The translations under genes and the position numbers were made by a program. Shown here piece after piece: positions 37,801-50,250 of a stretch of DNA of 64,000 nt. The notes below the pieces were generated by a model, which saw only the letters and a program-made list of their open reading frames with translations, did not search any database and was not told where the DNA came from. The DNA is from Malacoraja senta (Eukaryota). The stretch lies in contig CM075990.1 of assembly GCA_038087875.1 (NCBI GenBank), positions 17,176,001 through 17,240,000 on the forward strand, given 5' to 3'. Every line of letters begins with the position of its first letter. The first letter of the stretch is position 1.

Positions 37801-39659
37801 GGCCTGAGCTACAGGGAGAGGTTGGGGCAAGCGAGGACTTTATTCCTTGGAGCGCAGGAGGCTGAGGGGTGATCTCATAGAGGTGTATAAAATCATGAGG
37901 GGAGTAGACAGGGTGAATGCACAGAGTCCCCTTCCAGGCCAGAGGAACCAACAACTAGAAGACATTGGTTTAAGGTGAAGGGGGGAAAAGTTTAATAGGA
38001 GCCTGAGGAGCAACTTTTTTCCACTCAGAAGGTGGTGAGTACTGGAACAAACTGCCAGGGGAGGTTGTTGGGGCAGGTAAAATAACAAGATTTAAAATAC
38101 ATTTAGATAGGTAAATGGATAGGAAAAGTTTAGAGGGCCATGGGCCAAATACAGGCAAGTGGGTCTAGCCTCGATGGGCAATTAGGTTAGCATGGACAGA
38201 TTGGGCCGAAGGGCCTGTTTCCATGCTGGATGACTCTATGACTGACATGCAGACATCACGACACTTTAGGTAACATTGACGTACCTGAATTTCTTGATGT
38301 GTGTGAGTTTGATGCAGCTGTCTGATTTAGTGCTGGGGGTGTAATGGCCTGAATGTCCGGGGAAGTCAGCAACTTGATGTGATGACATATTTTATGACAA
38401 AACCAATCCAGTGATGCACGATAACAGGGACAAATGTTGACATGATATTTGTTTAGCTGTGGGAATATGTGCAGGAAAGAACTGCAGATGCTGGTTTACA
38501 AAGAGAGACACAAAACGCTGGAGTAACTCAGTGGGACAGGCAGCATCTCTGGAGAGAAGGAATGGGTGATGTTTCGGGTCGAGACCCTTCTGCAGACCCA
38601 TGTGGGAACATGTGTTCTATACAAAGAGATCAGGCCATCAGATTATTACTACAATTTGTTGTCCCCAGCACAGTTTTATTGTTTCATTTATAGCAAACTA
38701 TTTATAGTATTTAATTAAAATGATTTGGAAGCAAGTGGCCTGTGATTGTGGTTAACCAGTGTTATAGTCATTCATTTATTGTGGTTTTGATTATTATGTA
38801 TTCATCTTGCTTTCTCAAAGTTATTGATGAATTTATACGTGGGAGATAAGCTTTAACTGGTAGAGTTGTTGCCTCTCAGCGCTTGAGAACTGGGTTCGAT
38901 CCTGACCTCCGGTGCTGTCTGTGTGGAGTTTGCACGTTCTCCCTGTGACTGCATGGGTTTTTTCCGGGTGTTCCAGTTTCTTCCCACATCCCAGGGTTGC
39001 AGGCCCTCTATAAATTGCCCCATATGTGTCGGGAGTGGATGTGAAAGTGATCTAACAGAACTAGTTTCCCTTTCAAGAGAGAGCTAAATAGGGCTCTTAA
39101 AGATAGCGGAGTCAGGGGATATGGGGAGAAGGCAGGAACGGGGTACTGATTGGGGATGATCAGCCATGATCACATTGAATGGCGGTGCTGGCTCGAAGGG
39201 CCGAATGGCCTCTACTCCTGCACCTATTGTCTATAGTTATGGTTCTCCGACAAGTTGGACTGTCCTGATTAAATTTCACTTTGTGTCACCTTGCTGTCAC
39301 CTACTCCCAGCCAACAATGATCAATTCTGCATTTACCTTGACCCTCATCCCCTTTGACCTCTTGTTTTCACACCTTACCCTTCCACATCTCTCGTCTCCC
39401 TCCCCCCTGACTCTCAGTCTGAAGAAGGGTCTCGACCCGAAACATCACCCCTTCCTTCTGAGCGCTGAGTTACTCCAGCATTTTGTGTCTATCTTCAGCG
39501 TAAACCACCATCTGCGGGTTCCTTCCTCAACAATTAATGTCCACACAGTAAACACTGAAAATGCAGTAAAGGTTGTTCAAACGACAGCATTATAGAGAAA
39601 GGTAGAAGAGAAGTAAGAGATTTGGAAAGCCACCCGTCTACTTCACGGTGTGTCCTTAC

Positions 39660-40030
39660 CCGCTGGCTTAGCAGGTCCGCTGTGCCTTTGTCACCATTCT
39701 GATCCTTTCTCCCCAGAGCTGTCTCCTGTTGTACAAGCTTCTTCCATCTCTCTCTCACACACTCTCCCCTTGAATAATGGATTGCATCTTTAAAACAGGG
39801 AGTGTGAGAGAGGCCAGTGCCCTGGATCTGAAGGGCCGCTTGCTCGCTGCCTGGGAGATTAAGGTGCCAGGCGCGTGCAATCAGAGCCAGAGAAATCTCC
39901 TGAAGTGAAAATGCTGTTAAACAAGACAACACAAGGAACAAGACACACGGCAACTCCTGTTTACAGCAGGGCTCCTTCTGCTCGCTCCTTGTTTAATTGG
40001 TTGCTAGGCAGCGAGGCTAATGGGGCCTTG
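39660..40030 (-). promoter_or_regulatory. Candidate LRRC18 5' non-coding exon and promoter (RFX X-box-like and forkhead sites)
   Basis: Repeat-free island; minus-strand donor GG|GTAAGG at 39660/39659; GTTGCTAGGCAGC 40000-40012; TGTTTAC 39958-39964; TTAAACAA 39917-39924. Confidence 0.45.
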
Positions 40031-41290
40031 CTAACAATTAGCATGTTTGGCTCCGTGAGGAAGCAGCCTTTAGTTCCAAGTCTTCAACTATTTTGTAGAA
40101 CTATTGCTTTCCAGGGCCTGTTTTTTTGGATAGAAAACTACAGTCATGGAAAAGTCAACTAACTGATACATAACATACAGCGATATAAAGCCAGGGTTTA
40201 GGGTTTTCTATTCTCCAGCAATTCAACACACTCAGTTCCATTGTAGTATTATTTTCATTAAAATATGTAACTTGAGATATAAATTTCATCTTGGAATCTG
40301 ATGCACTTCATTTATTGCCCAACAATAAATCTACATATTGAATGAGTTTACTCAGGAGAATGTGAGGCCTTGTTTGAGAAGGCCACTTCACACTAAGTGT
40401 TGCTAAGGTGTTTGGTTACATTCATTAGCTGTGTAGACTGGTGGGATGTTTCAATGTCTGTGTAACACTAAACCGAATGCTTCAGCTCCTGAGGAATTGT
40501 TTTTGCTTCCCATTTAGCCGTGGTGCAAAAATAAAATCTGAATGTCTGAATGTTGAAAAGCAATGAGTTGAAGATAGAGTTCAGTTCATTGTCACGTGTA
40601 CCGAGGTACAGTGGAAGCTTTTGTTGCGTGCTAACCAGCCAGCGGAAAGACTATAGTGCACATTGATTACAATCAAGCCGTCCCCAATGTACAGATACAT
40701 TGTCATTGTCAGTCCCTTCACTTCATTGGTGCTGCCTGAGCCCTCAGGTTCTTCCGGCACTTTGTTTTATGCTGTTTTGCATCTTTCCAGCCTTGTTGAC
40801 TGTAGTTGTAGCCGATTAGTTGTCATTGGTTGTTATGGTACACTTTGTTCATCAACCTTGCACTGAAATAAAGTTGCTAGCCAAACAAAAACTCCCACTA
40901 ATTGCAGAACAAGTGGCCTGACAAGATAAGGCGTGCTATAACTTGTACCTCAGCGTGTTACACAGAATAAGCCCTGCCTCTTTACACTACAATCTTTGAA
41001 CTACTATCTACCTCTTTGATGTCCCTTGGACTATCCTTAATCGGACTTTGCTGGCTTTACCTTGCACTAAACATTATGTAATAATAACATTATTATTTGG
41101 AATCATGTATTGTCTTTCTGCTGACGCAACAAAAGCTTTTCACTGTACCTCAGTACACGTGACAATAAACTAAACTAATTGCATCAATTGTTTGTGAGGC
41201 CAGACTAGGACTCTCTAACTGTACATTAATTTGATCTTATTTAACCGAGATCTATCAATTAAATATCTCTTTATTTCTTCCTTTCCACAG

Positions 41291-41330
41291 AAAAAAACTG
41301 GTGGAGAAAGGAATGATCCAGAAGTGGCAG
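41291..41330 (+). CDS. WDFY4: WDFY4 40-nt exon, start of BEACH (KKLVEKGMIQKWQ)
   Basis: Long pyrimidine tract + ccacag|A, CAG|gtaacc donor; phase 2 to 0; MxQKWQ motif. Confidence 0.9.
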
Positions 41331-42948
41331 GTAACCTCATTACAATCTCGTGCTAGACGCAGTTAAAAAATATGCATCTCTATGTGAAATTGGCCAGATA
41401 ATTGGACATATTATTTTCACCCATTGAGTTGTGAATCTGTAGAATTCTCTGTCACAGAAGGCAGTGGAGGCCAATTCACTGGATGTTTTCAAGAGAGAGT
41501 TAGATTTAGCTCTTAGGGCTAACGGAATCAAAGGATATGGGGAGAAAGCAGGAACGGGGTACTGATTTTGGATGATCGGCCATGATCATATTGAATGGCA
41601 GTGCTGGCTCGAAGGGCTGAATGGCCTACTCCTGCTCCTATTTTTTATGTTTCTATATAGTTTTGATGGGTGATGAATATCGGCCAGTGGCTTTGGGATC
41701 TATTCCTTGCACATCTTCAGGAATCCTTCATGCCCACTTATGTGACACAGTGTGTTGGCATCTCTGACATTGATCCTCAATCCTGCACTGGGCTCTCAGC
41801 TCAGACGTTGACGCTTGGGTTACTGAGGTGGGTCTTTGACCACCGGTCTGGTTCCCTGGACTGAAAGGACCAGGCTGCATGTTTCCAGATTGGGCGAGGT
41901 TCAGACCGGCTGTAGCCAGCTTGAGTTCAGGTTGCATTTTAACTTTTACCAGGATGTTCATAAGATCATAAGGGACGGGGGTAGAACTAGGCCATTCGGC
42001 CCATCAAGTCTACTCTGCCATATACATAGCAGAGGTTTAGGAATGGACGGGAAGGCTTGTTGTGTGACTGGCCATTGAAAGAGCCAACAGACTCAGTAGG
42101 TTGAATGATTTTCTCCTTTGCTGTTCTTTGGTTCAATGGTTCTAACACTCACTGGCTAAGGTCATAAGGTCATAAGGAATAGGAGTAGAAATAGGCCATT
42201 TGGCCCGTCAAGTCTTCTCCGCCATTCAATCATGGCTGATCTATCTCTCCCTCCTAACCCCATTCTCCTGCCTTCTCCCCATAACCTCTGACACCCGCAC
42301 TAATCAAAAATCTATCTATCTCTGCCTTAAATATATCCATTGACTTGTGGCCTCCACAGCCTTCTGTGGCAAAGAATTCTACAGATTCACCACCCTCTGA
42401 CTAAAGAATGTTGCCAGAATTCGAGGGCCTGAGCTATGGGGAGGTTGAGCAAGCTAGGACTTTATTCCTTGTTACACTAAAGGCTGAGGGGTGATCTTAT
42501 GGAGGTGTATAAAACCATGAGGGTAATAGATGGGGTGAATGGGGTGTATTTGTTCCCAGCGTAGGGGAATCAAGGACCAGACAACATAGGTTTAAGGTAA
42601 CATGGGAAATATTTAATAGGAACCTGAGGAACAACATTTCACACAGAGCGTGGTAGGTATATGGAATGAGGTGTCAGAGGAAGTAGTTGAGGCAGGCACA
42701 ATGATAGGATTTTGAAGACATTTGGACAGGTATGGATAGGAAAAGTTTAGAGGGATATGGGCCAAATGCTTGCAAATGTGGGTATAGCTTAGACAGAGCA
42801 TTTTGGTTAACAATGATGAGTTGGGCCGAAGGGCCTGTTGTATGACTCGATGACTTTCATAACTTCACTGTTCTATTCCAGGTGCAGATGAGAATTAAAT
42901 ACTGTTGAGATAGAGCTCTTAAAATTGCATTTTCTCTTGTCTCTGTGA

Positions 42949-43155
<207 letters not shown>

Positions 43156-43156
43156 T

Positions 43157-43706
43157 AATAGACAATAGACAATAGACAATGGACAATAGACAATAGACAA
43201 TAGACAATAGACAATAGACAATGGACAATAGACAATAGACAATAGACAATAGACAATGGACAATAGACAATAGACAATAGACAATGGACAATAGACAATA
43301 GACAATAGACAATAGACAATAGACAATAGACAATGGACAATGGACAATAGACAATAGACAATAGACAATAGACAATAGACAATAGACAATAGACAATAGA
43401 CAATGGACAATAGGCAAGGGACAATGGACAATAGACAATAGACAATAGACAATAGACAATAGACAATAGACAATAGACAATAGACAATAGACAATAGACA
43501 ATGGACAATGGACAATGGACAATAGACAATAGACAATAGACAATGGACAATGGACAATGGACAATAGACAATAGACAATAGACAATAGACAATAGACAAT
43601 AGACAATAGACAATGGACAATGGACAATGGACAATGGACAATAGACAGGCAATAGACAATAGACAATGGACAATGGACAATAGACAATAGACAATAGACA
43701 ATAGAC
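43157..43706. repeat. (GACAATA/GACAATG)n heptamer array, about 550 bp
   Basis: Directly visible, starting about 85 nt after a BEACH exon donor. Confidence 0.97.
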
Positions 43707-44307
43707 GCATGATTACAATCCAGCCATTTACAGCGTATAGATACATGATAAGGGAATAATGTTTAGTGCAAGGTAAAGCCAGTAAAGTCCAATCAAGAAT
43801 AGTCCAAGGGTCACCAGTGTAGTTCAGGCCTGCTCTCTGGTTGTGGTAGGATGACTGACAACAGGAGAATGGGGTTGAGAGGGAAAAAATAAATTAGCCA
43901 ATATAGAATGGTGGAATAGACTCGATGGGCCGACTAGCCTAATTCTGCTCCTATCACTGACCTTATGAACGCATGGACACATACCGACCTTTGGTCGTCT
44001 GAGGAGGTAGAGGCTGTTGCTCTTTCCACAAATGCTGCCTGACCTGTTGAGTGTCTCCAGCAGTTTTTGTTTTTTATCATTAAATATTTACCTTCACTTT
44101 TGTCCACATTTGATACTTCATATTGTATGCTCTACACCCAGCCCTGGGACCAAACATTTGCAGGTATTTCAACCTCTGGTTGGAATATCACATCATCTGT
44201 TTATATGATGTCATTACGTCAATTTATCTTAAGTTTGTAAATTGGTTGCGGAGATCTGGAATGTAATAATGGCTTTAGCCGTTTTTCACCTTTGGTTTTC
44301 CTCCCAG

Positions 44308-44422
44308 GAGTTGGATCTCACCAATGCCAGGACATTCCGAGATCTCTCAAGACCCATGGGCGCACAGACAGAGGAGAGGAAAGACAAGTTTATCAAGAGA
44401 TACTTTGAAATCGATAATGACG
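44308..44422 (+). CDS. WDFY4: WDFY4 exon, BEACH (ELDLTNARTFRDLSRPMGAQTEERKDKFIKRYFEIDND)
   Basis: cccag|GAG acceptor, G|gtttgt donor; FRDLSxPMGAQ motif. Confidence 0.95.
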
Positions 44423-44463
44423 GTTTGTACTTTCATGAGGACGTAATCAATAGGAGAGCCTAA

Positions 44464-44667
44464 AGGGCATGTCCAACTTTCACCACCTTTTTTACTCGTG
44501 GACATTTTTCATCAGGCTAGAAAAATGCCCCGACCTACTTGATGCCACGAGTACCTACGACCAGCGTCACGACCTACCTACGACCTCCTACGACCTCATG
44601 ATGACCATGCTGCGAGTATGAGTCAAGGGCAAACTCGGCAGAGGTCGTGAAAGTGGGACAGGCCCCT
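44464..44667. mobile_element. PIF/Harbinger-like MITE (diverged)
   Basis: TAA-AGGGCATGTCCAACTTTCAC...GTGAAAGTGGGACAGGCCCC; internal CGACCTA repeats; imperfect TSD. Confidence 0.7.
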
Positions 44668-45633
44668 TTAGGAAGAATGTGTATGCTTTAATTATTCAGT
44701 TCAGTTCAGTTTATTGTCACGTGTACCGAGGTACAGTGAAAAGCTTTTGTTGCGTGCTATCCAGTCAGCGGAAAGACAATACATGATTACAATCCAGCCA
44801 TTTACAGTGTACATGATAAGGGAATAACTTTTAGTGCAAGGTAAAGCCAGCAAAGTCCGATCAAAGATAGTCACCAATGAGGTAGGTAGTAGTTCAGGAC
44901 CGCTCTCTGGTTGTGGTAGGATGGTTTACTTGCCTGATAACAGCTGGGAAGAAACTGTCTGTGAATCTGGAGGTGTGCGTTTTCATACACAACAGGTTAG
45001 ATGGAAGCAGCTACAGGAAGAATGTGTGTGTTCCCCATACTAGGGCAATCAAGAACCTAAGGCCATAGGTTTAAGGTGAGAGGGGAAAGATTTAATTGCA
45101 ACCTGAAGGGCAACTTTTTCCACAAAGAAGGTAGTGGATATATGGAATGAGCTGCTGGAGGAGGTAGTTGAGGCAGGAACAATAGCATTTAAAAGTCACT
45201 TGGACAGATACATGAATAGGAAATTTTAAATGTATATTGGCCAAATGCAGACAAAAGGGACTTGCTTTGATGGGGTATCTTGAACATGGATGATTTGGGC
45301 TGAAGGGCCTTTTTTCATGCTGTATGACTCCATGAAGGGCCTTTTTTCATGCTGTATGACTCTGTAAGACCAAGATATGTTCTATATCTCTCCACATCAC
45401 CGTCTATATCTCTCGTTTCCCTTCCCCCTGACTCTCAGTCTGAGGAAAGGTCTCGAGCCGAAATGTCACCCATTCCTTTTCTCCAGAGATGCTGCCTGTT
45501 ATTCCAGCGTATTGTGTCTATCTTAGATATTAGGAGTGGCCAGCTCTGCCTTCCATTACAATTGTTCCCACTGTGCAAGCCTTTCATCAGTTTCCAGAAC
45601 CTTTGCTGACCAATGGATATTATTTCTCTGCAG

Positions 45634-45743
45634 GGGACCTATCTGCAAGATGTCACTACTGCACTCATTATTCCTCAGCAATTATTGTTGCTTCTTACCT
45701 CGTCCGAATGGAGCCCTTCACGGAGATCTTCTGCTCACTTCAG
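45634..45743 (+). CDS. WDFY4: WDFY4 exon, BEACH (DLSARCHYCTHYSSAIIVASYLVRMEPFTEIFCSLQ)
   Basis: ctgcag|GG acceptor, CAG|gtacaa donor; HYxTHYS motif. Confidence 0.95.
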
Positions 45744-46189
45744 GTACAATGATATTGTTAATAGCACAGTGGCGCAGCTGCCTCACAACACTAGAGACCT
45801 GGGCTCGATCCTGACCTCGGGTGCTGTCTGTGTGGAGTTTGCACGTTCTCCCTGTAACCGCGTGAATTTTCTCCGGCCGCTCTAGATCCCTTCCATGTTC
45901 CAAAGATGTGCAGGTTTGTAGGTTCATTGGCATCTGTAAATTATCCCTACTGTGTAGGATAGAGCTAGCATATGAGGGATTGCTGCTTGGCATGGACTCG
46001 ATGGACCGAAGGGCCTGTTTCTATGCCATACCTCTACAACTAAAACAACACTAAAAACTGTTGTCTGTCATGGGCTAGCTGGGGTTGTCTATGAGTCCAG
46101 CTTAGTAAAGGAATGGTGTTGATCCATAGAGGCCCTGGGGAGGCCACACTTGATGCCTCATGGAACTTTTATCATGGCGACAGCCGTGA

Positions 46190-48000
46190 GTAACAATACG
46201 CCTGTGGGAAGCTAAGGAAGAAATTGCTGGGGTCCTTGCAGAGAAATTAGTATCATCAATAGCCAGGGGTGAGGTGCTGCAAGACTGAAGGGTGGAAAAT
46301 GTTGCGCCTTAATTATGAAAGGCTGCAAGGAATAGCCGGGACACTACAGACTAATATCAGTGACGGGTAAGTTACTGGAGTGGGTCCTGAGAAACATGGT
46401 CTAGATGCATTTGGGAAACCAAGGAATGATTAGGGAAAACCAGCATTGTACGCGGGGAATTGTGTGTGAAGAATTCAATCAGATGTTTTTGAAGCAGTGA
46501 CCAAGAAGAATATTATCCACCTAGATTTCAGCAAGCCTTTTGTGTGGGTACAGCCTGTTGAGTTTAGTTTATTGTCACGTGTACTGAGGTACAAAGCTTT
46601 CGTTGCATGATAACCGGTCAGCGGAAAGGCAATACATGATTACAATTGAGGCGTCCACTAGTGCGCAGGTTGGAAATGCTGCTGTTGGAGTAGAGGTTTA
46701 GAAGAGCGGAGCGATTGTAATGGGTGGTTGCGGATCTACTTCTAGGACCAGCACGCAGAGAGTGTCCCGGCTAGGGCTCCATCTTGGTCTGGAAGGTTAG
46801 ATCACACGGGACCCAGGGCAAAATAACCAACTGAATATACAAATGGTTAGAAGGTGGAGTAATGGGGGTGGCGGTAAAAGGTTGTTTTTCTAACTAAGTC
46901 GCGTGCACAGAGATTGGTGTGGGTCCAGTGCAGTTTGTTATTTATATTAATGTTTTGGATGTCCATGTTAGTAAGTTTGTAGATGACACTAAAATTGGTG
47001 ATACAGTGGGCAGTGATGAGGCTTATCTTTGATAACAACGGGATCTTGATCAATTTGATGAATGGGCCTAGGAACGGCAGATGGATTTTAACTCCGATAA
47101 ATGCAAGGAATTGCATGTTCATATGACAAACTTATGCAGTGAATGGTAGGGCCCTGGAGAATGATATAGAACTGGTACATAGTTCCTTGAGTGTGGGCAC
47201 AGGTTAACAGGATGGTGAAGAAGGTGTTTGGCAAGCTTGGTTACGGTAATGAGTATAGGAGTTGGGATGTCACATGACATTCCAGTTGTCCAAGACCTTG
47301 GGAAGACCACATTTGGAGTATTGTCTACAGTTCTGGTCATCCTGCTGTAGGAAGAATGTAAACAGGGAAGAAGTGCACAAACGATGTTCAAGGATCTTAT
47401 GTTTAAGAAAGAACTGCAGATGCTGGAAAAAATCAAAGGTAGACAAAAATGCTGGAGAAACTCAGCGGGTGAGACAGCATCTATGGAGGGAAGGAATAGG
47501 TGACGTTTCGGGTCTCGACCCGAAACGTCACCTATTCCTTCGCTCCATAGATGCTGTCTCACCCGCTGAGTTTCTCCAGCATTTTTGTCTACAAGGATCT
47601 TATGAGATCTGGAAACTTTAAGTTATAATGAGAGACTGAATGGTAGGGACCGTTTTCCTTGGATCTTAGGATGCTGAGGGATAACTTAATAGCGGTACAT
47701 AAAATCATGAGCGACTTAGATAATGTGAATAGCCTTAGTCTGTTCCACAGGGTAGGGGAGTCTAAAATCTTAGGTTTCAGGTAAGGGGGGCAAGATTTAA
47801 TAGGGACCCGGTGGGGGGGGGTGCAACTTTTTCATTCAGAAGGTGGTGGGTGTATGGAACGAGCTGCTAGAGGAGGTAGTTGAGGCAGGTACTATAGCAA
47901 TATTTAGCAGACACTTGGACAGGTGCATGGATAGGAATGTTTTAGAAGGATACAGGTCAAATGCGGGCAGGTGGGACTAGCTTAGATGGGACATCCTGGT
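46190..48000 (+). mobile_element. Decayed CR1-clade LINE ORF2 (RT to 3' end) with nested younger insertions
   Basis: Degenerate LDFSKAF (about 46520), KFxDDTK (about 46975), RPHLEYCLQFWS (ORF 47262) and CR1 3' tail; interrupted at 46561-46787 and 47402-47591. Confidence 0.8.
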
Positions 48001-49827
48001 CTCAGGTACGGGATTTCCACAAGCTATGAAGGCATGTTTGGCTCAACAGTAAATGCCACCTGAATCAGTGGAGTTTGTTCCTTGTCTCTCTACAGCATTG
48101 AGTACATTGACTGCCACTTTTATCAATGTAATGATATCAAAAAGCCTTCAATATTTCATGAGGTTTTAAAGCAGTTAAATATATGCAAAGTACAAAAAAA
48201 GGAGGAGAGATGATAAGAAAGTTTATAGTCTCCTGGCCCAAGACAATACAATGTAAAATAATAAAATGTTGTCTATTTTATTAGAGAATGTGATGCATAT
48301 TTGATGACACTGCAGCAAATCCCAGAGTAAAGAGATTTGCTGATACATAAAGCATTAGGGCACGGCAGATTCTACTTTTTATTCGAGTAATATCTTTAAC
48401 CCAATTTGTTGCACTAACAACATTTTGCATGTATATTTCTTTTCTCTATTTGATATCACTGATGCTTTTATCAGATATTATTGTCTTTCCCGAGAGACTT
48501 CTGTCCCTATCTAAAACAAAAATTACATTAATGAAAAGTATCAATCATCGCATGCTTGCAGATGTGAGGAGTGCCAGTCCAATTTAGAGCATTATATTAA
48601 AAAAAAAAAAAGACTGCCGACTCAGGACAGATTGCAGAGCCCTGGATCAGTGCTGAGCAAGAACTGACCTCTGGGGAGCAAGACAGAGAGAGATGTCAGG
48701 GCCCCAGCTCATGAAAGACCTGTATTGGAAGTGATGTTCGTAGATGGAGGGAATGGCCAAGATGGCCATCAGGCAATTAGAGCTGCTGGCATCTTACAGC
48801 AGGAGCTCGATAGAGTGTCGGTGCAGAGCAATTTGCAACAGACAAGGGTCAAGACGTATCACGGTCTTCATAAGTTCATTAGTGATAGGAATTGAATTAG
48901 GCCATTCGGCCCATCAAGTCTACTCCGCCATTCAATCGTGGCTGATCTATCTCCCCCTCCTTACCACATTCTCCTGCCTTCTCCCCATAACCCCTGACAC
49001 CCATACTAATAAAGAATCTATCTATCTCTGCCTTAAAAATGTCCATTGACTTGGCCTCCACAGTCTTCTCAGTACTCTTTGCTGGCTTCAGGTCTTGCCG
49101 CATATCTTGAGGAAAAGACACTGTACAGGACGTTGTTGAGGCCACAGTTGCAGCACTGTGTTCAACTTTGGTCACCCTGCTAGAGGAGACTTGCCATTAA
49201 GTTGGAAAGGGTTCAGAGAAGATTTACCACGATGATGCCAGGACTTGAGAGCCTGAGCTATAGGGAGCAGGTGGACAGGCTGGGACTTTATTTCTTGCAG
49301 TGCAGGAGACTGGAGGGGTTAAGAAAGAACTGCAGATGCTGGAAAAATCGAAGGTAGACAAAAATGCTGGAGAAACCCAGCGGGTGAGGCAGCATCTATG
49401 GAGCGAAGGAATAGGTGACGTTTCGGGTCGAGACCCTTCTTCAGACTGGAGGGTGTTCTTATAAAATCATTAAAATCACGAGGGGAATAGATAAAGTGAA
49501 TAAACAGGATTGAGGAATCAAGAACTAGATGGCAGAGGTTTAAGGTGAGAGGGGAAACATTTCATAGAAAGCTGACAGACAACTGTTTCACGCGGTGGTT
49601 GATGGGTATATGGGATGAGTTGCTGGAGGAAGTTGTTGAAGTAGGAAGAATAACTAACTTACAGTATCTGGTAGAATCTTCGGTAGAATAACCTTATTTG
49701 CACAGGTACACGGATAGGACAGGTTCAGAGGGATAAGGGCCAAACGCAGTCATTACTTAGATGGGGCACATTGGTCGGCATGGCCAAGTTGGACTGAAGG
49801 GCATGCTTTCCTGCTGCATGATTCTAT

Positions 49828-50250
49828 GTGTAAGAAGGAACTGCAGATGCTGGTTTAAACCAAAGATAGATGCAAAAAGCTGGAGTAACTCAGCGGGACA
49901 GGCAGCATCTCTGGAGAGAAGGAATGGGTGAATTTTCGGGTCGAGACCCTTCTTCAGACTGTTTAGGGATAAGGGAAACGAGAGATATAGACGGTGATGT
50001 GGAGAGGTAAAGAACAATGAATGAAAGATATGCAAAAAAGCAATGATGATAAAGGAAACAGGACATTGTAAGCTGTTTGTAGGGTGAAAATGAGACACTA
50101 GTGCGACTTGGGTGGGGGAGGGATAGAGAGAGAGGGAATGCCTGGGCTACCTGAAGTGAGAGAAATCAATATTCATACCACTGAGCTGTAAGCTGCCCAA
50201 GCGAAATATGAGATGCTGTTCCTCCAATTTGCGTTTAGCCTCACTCTGAC
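49828..50250 (-). mobile_element. Penelope-like element 3' end (endonuclease C-terminus, 3' UTR and terminal repeat)
   Basis: RKLEEQHLIFRLGSLQLSGMNIDFSHFR-stop followed on the minus strand by pyrimidine-rich UTR, CTGAAGAAGGGTCTCGACCCGAAA and ...CCAGCATCTGCAGTTCCTTCTTACAC. Confidence 0.75.

Noticed and set aside
39534..39953. 139-aa minus-strand ORF as a second nested gene
   Set aside because: No recognisable homology or motif; better explained as the candidate LRRC18 UTR exon and promoter region.
46190..48000. Active autonomous LINE
   Set aside because: Multiple stops, frameshifts and nested insertions; no intact RT or endonuclease ORF anywhere in the window.
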